Below are positions 1-7,589 of a stretch of 64,000 bases of DNA, one piece after another. Numbering within the stretch: position 1 is the first letter of the stretch; the number at the start of each line of letters is the position of its first letter. The position numbers were made by a program, and so were the translations under genes. Under the pieces are notes generated by a model that was given only the letters and a program-made list of their open reading frames with translations, made no database searches and had not been told where the DNA came from. Source of the DNA: a bacterium. Lineage in GTDB: Bacteria > JACRDZ01 > JAQUKH01. The stretch lies in the NCBI GenBank assembly GCA_028719205.1, contig JAQUKH010000010.1, positions 1 through 64,000 on the forward strand, in the 5' to 3' direction.

Positions 1-1512
1 TACATAGCGAGGCTCAATTCCGACGGAAGCGCTGATACGACATTTGACGCGAATGCTAATAACTATGTCTATTCCCTCGCAGTCCAGTCTGATGGCAAGA
101 TACTGGCAGGGGGAGGTTTCACAACCATTGGAGGCAAGGCGAGAAACCGCATAGCGAGGCTCAATTCCGACGGAAGCGCTGATACGACATTCGACGCGGG
201 CGCTGTTGATATCGAGGTCAGTTCCCTTGCAGTCCAGTCTGACGGCAAGATACTGGCAGGGGGAGGTTTTACAACCATTGGAGGCCAGGCGAGAAACTAC
301 ATAGCGAGGCTCAATTCCGACGGGATCGCTGATACGACATTCAACGCGGGCGCTAATAACTATGTCAATTCCCTTGCAGTCCAGTCTGACGGCAAGATAC
401 TGGCCGGGGGATATTTCACAACCATTGGAGGCCAGGCGAGAAACTACATAGCGAGGCTTACAAACACAGGCGCCGCGTTTCAGGATATTTCGGCCTCTGT
501 TGACGGAAGTACGATTACATGGATGAGAAGCGGTGTGGGGCCTGAGATAAATCGGGTAACGTTTGAGATATCCACGGGCCTGAGTTTATGGGCCCCGCTT
601 GGAGTTGGGAACCGCATAACAGGCGGATGGCAAATTACCGGCCTTAGCATACCGAAGAATGTAAACCGGTACATACGGGCGAGGGGGTACGTAATAGGAG
701 GCTATTGTAGTGGTTCCACGTCAATTATTGAGTCCGTAAAAAACATTTATATAATAAATACTGCGCCGGCAGCGGATAGTCAATCAGTAACCACCGCGGA
801 AGATACGGCAAAAGATATAATTTTAACCGGCAGTGACGCTGATGGAGATCCATTAACCTATACAATAGTAACCGGCCCAACACACGGCGCATTATCCGGC
901 ACAGCGCCGAATGTAATATATACACCAAACGCAAATTACCATGGTGCGGATAGTTTTACGTTTAAGGTAAACGATGGGACGATAGACAGCAACATAGCCA
1001 CAATAAGTATTACTGTTACCGAGGTAAATAATGCGCCGACAGCTAATAATCAATCTGTAACTACAAATGAAGATACAGCGAAGAGTATTGCTTTAACAGG
1101 TAGTGATATAGACGGAGACCTAATAACCTATATAATAGTAAGCAATCCTACACATGGTGTATTATCCGGTACAGCTCCAAATGTGACATATACACCAAAC
1201 GCCGATTACTTTGGGACCGATAGTTTCACATTCAAAACAAATGATGGTATAGTTGATAGCAACATAGCCACCGTAAGCATTACTATTAACGTTGTAGATG
1301 TCACAACTCCTGTTCTTAAGGGAAATATTGATACCACCTCTCCCGGTTCCGCCAATCTCGTTGACGGCCATGATTTGTATGTGTTTTCGAAGGCCTTCGG
1401 GTCAAGCCCCGCGAGTCCTAATTGGAATTCAGCGGCTGACTTAAATAACAGCGGGACAGTTGATGGTGAGGACCTTACGATACTGGGAGCTAATTTCGGG
1501 AAAAGCCAGTAA
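1..1512 (+). CDS. 5'-truncated surface/secreted protein: delta-60 (DUF5122-like) beta-propeller repeats, two Big_9/cadherin-like Ig domains, C-terminal dockerin-like domain
   Basis: Frame of ORF 523..1512 is open from base 1 and reads YIARLNSDGSADTTF...SLAVQSDGKILAGGGFTTIGG three times; two ~90-aa repeats (NTAP...EDTAKDIILTGSDADGD / NNAP...EDTAKSIALTGSDIDGD); ends KGNID...VDGHDL...ADLNNSGTVDGEDLTILGANFG (duplicated EF-hand-like dockerin motif). Confidence 0.85.
   Translation, partial: YIARLNSDGSADTTFDANANNYVYSLAVQSDGKILAGGGFTTIGGKARNRIARLNSDGSADTTFDAGAVDIEVSSLAVQSDGKILAGGGFTTIGGQARNYIARLNSDGIADTTFNAGANNYVNSLAVQSDGKILAGGYFTTIGGQARNYIARLTNTGAAFQDISASVDGSTITWMRSGVGPEINRVTFEISTGLSLWAPLGVGNRITGGWQITGLSIPKNVNRYIRARGYVIGGYCSGSTSIIESVKNIYIINTAPAADSQSVTTAEDTAKDIILTGSDADGDPLTYTIVTGPTHGALSGTAPNVIYTPNANYHGADSFTFKVNDGTIDSNIATISITVTEVNNAPTANNQSVTTNEDTAKSIALTGSDIDGDLITYIIVSNPTHGVLSGTAPNVTYTPNADYFGTDSFTFKTNDGIVDSNIATVSITINVVDVTTPVLKGNIDTTSPGSANLVDGHDLYVFSKAFGSSPASPNWNSAADLNNSGTVDGEDLTILGANFGKSQ
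4..458 (+). repeat. Intragenic tandem repeat of 147-150 bp encoding the delta-60 repeats
   Basis: ATAGCGAGGCT recurs at 4, 151, 301 and 448; units are near-identical at DNA level. Confidence 0.95.
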
Positions 1513-1544
1513 AAGTTAATTTTTAATAAAATATTTAAATGTAG

Positions 1545-1640
1545 CCAACTAGGAATATTTCTGCGGATTTGGATGGTAATAATATTGTTGATGGTAACGA
1601 TCTTGCTTTATTGGCCGTAAATTTAGGAAAGAAAAATTAA
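1545..1640 (+). pseudogene. Orphan dockerin half-repeat remnant
   Basis: Translates as PTRNISADLDGNNIVDGNDLALLAVNLGKKN*, which aligns with PNWNSAADLNNSGTVDGEDLTILGANFGKSQ* of the upstream gene; preceded by an in-frame TAG at 1542. Confidence 0.7.
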
Positions 1641-1739
1641 TATATATGTAAAAATTTGCATTAAAAACAAATTTGGTATAAAATACAATTATAAAATTAC
1701 TGCGTTTGCGGTTAGCGAAAATTAAATTTGGAGGTATTT

Positions 1740-1955
1740 ATGAACAAAACAAATGCTATGGTGGAAGTATTTGTTACTGCTTTCAGGTCTTTACCACAAA
1801 AAGAAAGAAAAAACATTGCTCAAAAATTATTGGCTGATTTAGATGCTGAATCTTTTACAATAAACGATTGGGAAAAGATTGAAAAAATAGCAGAACAAAG
1901 AGGTGAATTTTATACAACCGGCAAACAAGCAAAACAACATCTCAACAAATTATGA
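1740..1955 (+). CDS. Putative antitoxin
   Basis: Small protein with GGAGGT RBS before ATG 1740; overlaps the downstream RelE-like gene (ATGA). Confidence 0.6.
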   Translation: MNKTNAMVEVFVTAFRSLPQKERKNIAQKLLADLDAESFTINDWEKIEKIAEQRGEFYTTGKQAKQHLNKL

Positions 1956-2227
1956 GATTTGAATTCAAACCATCTTTTGACCGTTCAATAAAACGCCTTG
2001 GCCCAATTCGCAAAGAAAAAATTAAAAAAGCTGTTTCTGCTACAATTAACTTTTTTGAATTACATATCAAATCCGAAGGATTAGGATTAAAACATCTAAA
2101 AGGACAATATTGGGAAATCAGGGCAACGATAAAAGACCGTATAATTTTTCGATTTTCAAATGACTTAGTAGAATTTATTATTGCCGGAACACATGACGAG
2201 ATAAAAATATTTCTGAAAAATATATGA
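1952..2227 (+). CDS. RelE/ParE-superfamily type II toxin
   Basis: 91 aa, basic; F-x-PSFDRSIKRL...LGLKHLKGQYWEIRATIKDRIIF...IAGTHDEI fits RelE/YafQ-like toxins. Confidence 0.75.
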   Translation: MRFEFKPSFDRSIKRLGPIRKEKIKKAVSATINFFELHIKSEGLGLKHLKGQYWEIRATIKDRIIFRFSNDLVEFIIAGTHDEIKIFLKNI

Positions 2228-2267
2228 ATGAGGGCCAAATTTCCCTTAAGTCATAAGAATTATTTTG

Positions 2268-2320
2268 TTGACAAGTATTATTTTTGTTGTATAATTTGTG
2301 TAAAGTAAAATTACTTTACA
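2268..2320 (+). promoter_or_regulatory. Sigma70-type promoter with overlapping perfect inverted repeat (candidate operator) upstream of ylxM
   Basis: TTGACA 2268-2273, TATAAT 2290-2295 (16-bp spacer); TGTAAAGTAA-aa-TTACTTTACA at 2299-2320. Confidence 0.7.
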
Positions 2321-2323
2321 ATT

Positions 2324-2593
2324 ATGAAAGCAATTGATGATCAGGTCCGCAACAGTTTACTGCTTGATTTCTACGGGAATCTTTTAACAGAAAAACAGAA
2401 AAAGACAGCCGACTTTTATTTTAACTGCGATCTGAACCTTTCTGAGATCGCTAAAAAAACAAAAGTAACCCGTCAGGCGGTTTATATCAGCCTGAAGAAT
2501 ATTGTAAAAGACCTGGAAAAGTACGAGTCGAGTTTAAAACTTTATCATAATAAGTTCAGTAAAGTTAACGCTAAGAGGAAGAAAAATGTTTGA
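2324..2593 (+). CDS. ylxM: YlxM/UPF0122 family HTH protein
   Basis: LLLDFYGNLLTEKQ...DLNLSEIA...TRQAVY motif; directly upstream of ffh. Confidence 0.85.
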   Translation: MKAIDDQVRNSLLLDFYGNLLTEKQKKTADFYFNCDLNLSEIAKKTKVTRQAVYISLKNIVKDLEKYESSLKLYHNKFSKVNAKRKKNV

Positions 2594-3920
2594 AAATTTG
2601 TCAAATCGCCTGCAGGATGTCACAAGAAAACTGTTAGGCCAGAATAAACTGAGCGAGAAGAACATCGAAGATGTGTTAAGAGAGATCAGGGTGGCGTTCC
2701 TTGAGGCTGATGTTGATTATAAAGTAACCAAAGATTTCGTGGACGCTATAAAAGTAAAGGCTTTGGGACAGGAAGTTTTAGTAAGCGTTACTCCGGCCCA
2801 GTTAGTAATGAAGTATGTAGCCGATGAAATAACCCATTTGCTGGGTGATAACATATCAAGAATAAAATTTTCAGATAACGCGCCGACTATCATTATGATG
2901 GCGGGTTTGCAGGGAACAGGAAAAACTACAACCACGGCAAAATTGGCCCTGCATTTAACTAAAGAAGGGCACCGGCCTCTTATGGTCGGTTTGGATATAT
3001 ACCGCCCGGCCGCGCAGGAACAGCTCAAAGTTTTAGGTGCGTCCTGTAATATTCCGGTTTACCTGGAGGACAGTAAAAATTGCCTTAATATCGCGAAAAA
3101 CAGTTTGAAGTATGCCCGTGAGAATAACTGTGATTGTGTTCTTCTTGATACCGCGGGCCGTCTGCATATTGACGAAGAGATGATGAATGAGCTTAAGGAA
3201 TTAAAAAGCGGGATATCTCCTCATGAAATACTTCTGGTGGTTGATTCTATGACCGGCCAGCAGGCGGTTGCTGTCGCGAAAGAGTTTAATTCGTTATTGG
3301 GGATCGACGGCGTGATCCTTACCAAGCTGGATGGCGACGCGAGGGGAGGCGCCGCGCTTTCACTCCGTACGGTAGTCCAGCGCCCGATCAAGTTCGTAGG
3401 CGTCGGTGAAAAGCTTGAGGACCTGGATTCTTTTTATCCTGACCGTATGGCAAGCCGTATTATCGGAATGGGAGATATTTTTACGCTGGCTGAAAAGGTG
3501 GAAAAGATATATTCCGAGGATGAGGCAAAAAAACTTGAGAGTAAAATAAGAAAAAATGAATTTACACTGGAGGATATGAAGGACCAGTTCAAAAATATGA
3601 AGAAGTTAGGGGCGATGGAACAGGTGGTTAAATTGATCCCCGGCCTTGGCAGTAAGATCAATATCGGTGAGGCGGAAAAAAACAATATGAAGTCGATGGA
3701 AGCGATCCTAAGTTCAATGACTAAAATGGAAAGATTGACCCCCCGGCTTTTGAACGGGTCGCGCCGTATGAGGATCGCTAACGGCAGCGGAACGACAGTT
3801 CAGCAGGTTAATCAGCTTATGAACCGTTTTGACCAGATGAAAAAGATGATGAAACAGTTTGGCGGCGCGAATAAATTTGATATGAATAAATTAAAGGCTA
3901 TGGGCGGAAAATTTAAATAA
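2586..3920 (+). CDS. ffh: Signal recognition particle protein Ffh
   Basis: GLQGTGKTT, DTAGR, TKLDGDARGG, PDRMASRIIGMGD motifs; Met-rich M domain. Confidence 0.98.
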   Translation: MFENLSNRLQDVTRKLLGQNKLSEKNIEDVLREIRVAFLEADVDYKVTKDFVDAIKVKALGQEVLVSVTPAQLVMKYVADEITHLLGDNISRIKFSDNAPTIIMMAGLQGTGKTTTTAKLALHLTKEGHRPLMVGLDIYRPAAQEQLKVLGASCNIPVYLEDSKNCLNIAKNSLKYARENNCDCVLLDTAGRLHIDEEMMNELKELKSGISPHEILLVVDSMTGQQAVAVAKEFNSLLGIDGVILTKLDGDARGGAALSLRTVVQRPIKFVGVGEKLEDLDSFYPDRMASRIIGMGDIFTLAEKVEKIYSEDEAKKLESKIRKNEFTLEDMKDQFKNMKKLGAMEQVVKLIPGLGSKINIGEAEKNNMKSMEAILSSMTKMERLTPRLLNGSRRMRIANGSGTTVQQVNQLMNRFDQMKKMMKQFGGANKFDMNKLKAMGGKFK

Positions 3921-4001
3921 AAAATATCCGATTTTATCGGAGCATCGGGATATTTAGAGAAAAATTTTACGAAGTGAAAATTTTTAAGGAGGTGATATAA
4001 C

Positions 4002-4241
4002 TTGGCAGTAAAGATCAGACTTAGACGAATGGGTACCAGAAACAGGCCGTTTTTTCGTGTTGTTGCGGCGGAATCTACTATGCCGTTAGGCGGCAAATTC
4101 ATAGAAGAACTTGGCCACTATAATCCATTAACTAATCCGGCGGAAATTAAGTTGAATGTGGAACGGATAAATTATTGGATCAGTGTCGGGGCTAAACCTT
4201 CGGATACAATAAAAAACTTGTTATTAAAAGGCAAAAAGTAA
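4002..4241 (+). CDS. rpsP: 30S ribosomal protein S16
   Basis: MAVKIRLRRMG..RPFFRVV..; TTG start with AAGGAGGTG RBS. Confidence 0.97.
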   Translation: MAVKIRLRRMGTRNRPFFRVVAAESTMPLGGKFIEELGHYNPLTNPAEIKLNVERINYWISVGAKPSDTIKNLLLKGKK

Positions 4242-4246
4242 AACCA

Positions 4247-4759
4247 ATGTCTGAAATAAATAATTATGTTTATATTGGCCGCATTGTTTCGCCTCACGGG
4301 ATTCATGGAGAGGTGAAGGTTAAGGTTATGACCGACAACCCTGAAAGATTTAGCAAGGGATTTATTATCTTTCTGATAAAGGATGATAAAATCTCTTCAA
4401 GCCGTATTGTCAGTGTAAAGCCTCAGGGGAATTTTGCTATTGTGAAACTGAATACTATTAATGATATAACTGAGGCTGAGAAATTCAGGGAATATTTTTT
4501 AGGCATAAAAAAAGATAAGCTTAAAAAACTTGAAGAAGGTAAATATTATCATTTTGAGATCATCGGTTTAGCTGTTTATTCTGTAGAAGGGGATTTTATT
4601 GGTAATGTGGTGGAGATCTTTAATACCGGCGGCAGTGATGTTTATACAGTGAAAGATCGGGATAAAGAAGTTTTTATTCCGGCGCTTAAAGATGTAGTTG
4701 AAAAGATAGATCTTTTAAATAAGCGCATGATCGTTCGTCACCAGCCGGGGCTTTTCTAA
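4247..4759 (+). CDS. rimM: 16S rRNA processing protein RimM
   Basis: IGRIVSPHGIHGEVKV, YYHFEIIG, PRC-barrel C-terminus; synteny. Confidence 0.95.
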   Translation: MSEINNYVYIGRIVSPHGIHGEVKVKVMTDNPERFSKGFIIFLIKDDKISSSRIVSVKPQGNFAIVKLNTINDITEAEKFREYFLGIKKDKLKKLEEGKYYHFEIIGLAVYSVEGDFIGNVVEIFNTGGSDVYTVKDRDKEVFIPALKDVVEKIDLLNKRMIVRHQPGLF

Positions 4760-4769
4760 GGTAATTATT

Positions 4770-5468
4770 ATGATCACTTTTGAAGTGTTGACGATTTTCC
4801 CTGATATGTTTGAAGGTGTCCTTGGGGACAGCATAATTAAACGGGCGCAGGAAAAGGGCCTGATTAAGATCATCCTTCATAATATAAGGGATTATTCAAA
4901 AGATAAACACAAAACAGTTGATGATTATTCTTATGGCGGCGGGCCCGGGATGGTAATGAAGGTTGAGCCTATTTATGATTGCCTAAGAGCAATCAAGTAT
5001 ACAAGAAAAGATACCTGGGTGGCGCTATTAGGCCCCAGAGGTAAGAAACTGGATATAAAATCAATTAATGGTTTGAGTAAGAAAAAAAGATTGATTTTAA
5101 TATGCGGCCATTATGAGGGAATTGATGAAAGGGTAAGGGAATTTGTTGATGGAGAGATCTCTATCGGAGATTTTATCCTTACCGGCGGGGAATTACCCGC
5201 GATGGTTGTAATAGACGCGGTCTCGCGGTTTATTCCGGGAGTATTAGGAAGCGAGGATTCAGTTAAAAATGAGTCTTTTAGCGATGGGCTGTTGGAGTTT
5301 CCGCAATATACCCGGCCGCGGGAGTTTAGAAAAATGAAGGTTCCTGATGTTCTTTTATCAGGAAATCATAAGGAAATTGAATCCTGGCGGAAGAAGCAAA
5401 GCGTTAAGGAAACTTATAAAAAAAGAAGAGATCTTTTCGCGAAGCTGCCAGTTCCTGATGATAAATAA
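4770..5468 (+). CDS. trmD: tRNA (guanine37-N1)-methyltransferase
   Basis: VDDYSYGGGPGMVM, LICGHYEGIDER, SIGDFILTGGE. Confidence 0.97.
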   Translation: MITFEVLTIFPDMFEGVLGDSIIKRAQEKGLIKIILHNIRDYSKDKHKTVDDYSYGGGPGMVMKVEPIYDCLRAIKYTRKDTWVALLGPRGKKLDIKSINGLSKKKRLILICGHYEGIDERVREFVDGEISIGDFILTGGELPAMVVIDAVSRFIPGVLGSEDSVKNESFSDGLLEFPQYTRPREFRKMKVPDVLLSGNHKEIESWRKKQSVKETYKKRRDLFAKLPVPDDK

Positions 5469-5513
5469 AAAATTAAATAAGAGTACGATAAATAAAAATG
5501 GAGGAGATCAGTC

Positions 5514-6050
5514 ATGGATTTTAGGAAAATAATTGCAGGTAAACAGGTTAAAAGGGATTTTCCCGAATTTAGACAGGGAGATACGATAAAGGTTTATTTA
5601 AAAATTGTCGAGGGAGATAAAGAGAGAGTTCAGGCTTTTGAGGGTTTAGTAATTGCCCGTGATAACAGCGGGATACAGGCAGCTTTTACTGTCCGCAGAG
5701 TTTCATACGGTGTAGGCGTTGAAAGAAAATTCTTTATTTGCTCACCTTCTCTGGAAAAAATTGAATTAGTAAAAAAGGGAATGGTTAAAAGAGCCAAACT
5801 TTATTTTTTAAGAGGGAAATCCAGGAAAGAAGGAAGAATTAAAGAAAAACTGGAAGAAGAATTAATGGCCAAGGCAGTTATCCCTGAGATAAAGGCTGAA
5901 GTAATTCCGAGCGATAAAATAAGCGCGGATGTACCGGCAGAGGCAAAAACAGAAGTTAATAAAAAAGTAAAAAAAGATTCAAAAAAAGAGACAAAGAGAA
6001 TAGCAAAAAAAGAAAAGGCAGCAACAGAGAAAAAGGCAAAAAAGGCGTAG
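5514..6050 (+). CDS. rplS: 50S ribosomal protein L19 with Lys/Glu-rich C-terminal extension
   Basis: FRQGDTIKV, RVQAFEGLVI, TVRRVSYGVGVER, VKRAKLYFLR. Confidence 0.96.
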   Translation: MDFRKIIAGKQVKRDFPEFRQGDTIKVYLKIVEGDKERVQAFEGLVIARDNSGIQAAFTVRRVSYGVGVERKFFICSPSLEKIELVKKGMVKRAKLYFLRGKSRKEGRIKEKLEEELMAKAVIPEIKAEVIPSDKISADVPAEAKTEVNKKVKKDSKKETKRIAKKEKAATEKKAKKA

Positions 6051-6053
6051 AGG

Positions 6054-6099
6054 GGCTCCGGGTTCCGGGTAAAGATCCCGGATCCTTGACCCTTGAGCC
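6054..6099. repeat. Imperfect hairpin built from ~7-nt units
   Basis: GGCTCCG GGTTCCG GGT ... CCCGGATC CTTGACC CTTGAGCC between rplS and rnhB. Confidence 0.5.
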
Positions 6100-6111
6100 G
6101 ATAACGGGGGG

Positions 6112-6747
6112 TTGTTTGTGAAAAATAATCTCTTTTATGAAAAGTCTGTTTGGGTGCAAGGCAGTAATTTTATTGCAGGTATCGATGAGGTCGGGCGCGG
6201 GCCGTTGGCAGGCCCTGTTGTCGCGTGCGCTGTTATATTACCAAAGGAATTTTATTTGGAAGAGATTGATGATTCCAAAAAATTGTCTTCTCAAAAAAGG
6301 GAAGAATTGTACAATATTATAAAAAAAGAAGCCGTAAGCATTGGTTTGGGGCTGATCCGGGAAGATGTGATAGACCGGATCAATATCAGGCAGGCAACTT
6401 TTTTGGCAATGAAAAAAGCTATAACCCGCCTTAAAATACCACCTGATTATCTTTTAGTTGATGGAGAAAAAATACCGCAAATTGATATTCCTCAGATCCC
6501 CATATTTAAAGGGGACTCTCTCTCTTTTACTATATCATCCGCTTCAATAGTAGCTAAGGTAACCCGGGACAGGCTGATGGATAAATATCATAAATTCTGG
6601 CCGGAATATAATTTTTGCAGCCACAAGGGCTATGGGACAGAGGAACATCTTTTGTGCTTGGAAAAATATGGGGTTTGTCCGATACATAGGAGAAGTTTTA
6701 AACCGGTTACGAAGGCTCTAAGCGTAAGAGGATTATATGGAAGCTAG
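6112..6747 (+). CDS. rnhB: Ribonuclease HII
   Basis: IAGIDEVGRGPLAGPVV, DDSKKL, ASIVAKVTRD, HKGYGT. Confidence 0.97.
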   Translation: MFVKNNLFYEKSVWVQGSNFIAGIDEVGRGPLAGPVVACAVILPKEFYLEEIDDSKKLSSQKREELYNIIKKEAVSIGLGLIREDVIDRINIRQATFLAMKKAITRLKIPPDYLLVDGEKIPQIDIPQIPIFKGDSLSFTISSASIVAKVTRDRLMDKYHKFWPEYNFCSHKGYGTEEHLLCLEKYGVCPIHRRSFKPVTKALSVRGLYGS

Positions 6748-7102
6748 ACAAAAAGGCGATTATGGCGAAGAAGAGGCATGTAATTTATTAGTCCGTGAGG
6801 GATATAAAATTCTTGAAAGAAATTTTCATTTTAAACATCAGGAAATTGATATAATAGCGTTAGATAAGGGAACACTGGTATTTATTGAAGTTCGCGGCAG
6901 GAAAGAAGGCTTGTGTTCACCTGAAGAATCTATAGGGTGGTGGAAAAAGAAAAATATAATACGGGTCGCGCAATTTTATTTAAAGAAAATGAATCTTAAT
7001 GATTTTACATGCAGGTTTGATGTTGTATCGATTTTATATAAAAATGATACAGTTGATATTAAAAAAATTGAGTTGATCAGAGATGCATTTCAGGTTGATT
7101 AA
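6737..7102 (+). CDS. yraN: YraN/UPF0102 family protein
   Basis: GEEEA..LL...GYKILERNF, EIDIIA, LVFIEVR, RFDVV. Confidence 0.92.
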   Translation: MEARQKGDYGEEEACNLLVREGYKILERNFHFKHQEIDIIALDKGTLVFIEVRGRKEGLCSPEESIGWWKKKNIIRVAQFYLKKMNLNDFTCRFDVVSILYKNDTVDIKKIELIRDAFQVD

Positions 7103-7117
7103 GGAAAGGAGTTAAAT

Positions 7118-7585
7118 ATGGCGCAAACTCAGGAGGGTACTAAAGCTCAAGCTGTTCTTCCGAGAATCAGTAAAGCACAGGTAACAGGCCCGGAACGATA
7201 CCGGCTTTTTCAGACAATCACGGTAATCTTTACTGTTTTTGGCTCTACTGCGGGAACAGTTTATTTATCTGAACTAAAAGCGGGAATTATTGGAGGTTTA
7301 ACAGGTTTATTTATCAGTTTTATTTTAATAAAGTTGTTGATGGGGGATAATAAAAATATTTTCAGAAGAAATTTTGCTGAAAGGACGCTGGACTCGGCGA
7401 TAAGTATGCTTGGCGCGGGTATTTTTTCCGGAGTAATGGGCGGGTTGTTTGGATATTATCTGGAAGGAGATTTTAATCTCGCGTTATCTATAGCTTTAAC
7501 TTGTGTTATAGCGGGTGTTGTAAGCACCAGTCTGGCAGGATTGGCAGTAATGTTCTGGGAAGTAATAACAAAGAAAAAGGTATAA
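7118..7585 (+). CDS. Hypothetical Gly-rich multi-pass membrane protein
   Basis: AAGGAG RBS; 4-5 hydrophobic Gly-rich segments; no recognised motif. Confidence 0.7.
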   Translation: MAQTQEGTKAQAVLPRISKAQVTGPERYRLFQTITVIFTVFGSTAGTVYLSELKAGIIGGLTGLFISFILIKLLMGDNKNIFRRNFAERTLDSAISMLGAGIFSGVMGGLFGYYLEGDFNLALSIALTCVIAGVVSTSLAGLAVMFWEVITKKKV

Positions 7586-7589
7586 TATT

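Noticed and set aside
4-458. 147-150-bp repeats as a CRISPR array or a DGR template/variable pair
   Set aside because: Units are in-frame coding repeats with no unique spacers; differences are not adenine-specific; no cas or reverse transcriptase gene in the window
69-1371. Minus-strand ORFs 69..278, 480..674, 725..934, 1162..1371
   Set aside because: Antisense shadows of the repeat-rich surface protein gene
1650-2260. TA module as part of a prophage or IS element
   Set aside because: No integrase, transposase, terminal repeats or target-site duplication visible
2230-4001. SRP RNA (ffs) near ffh
   Set aside because: No recognisable SRP domain IV motif in the flanking intergenic regions
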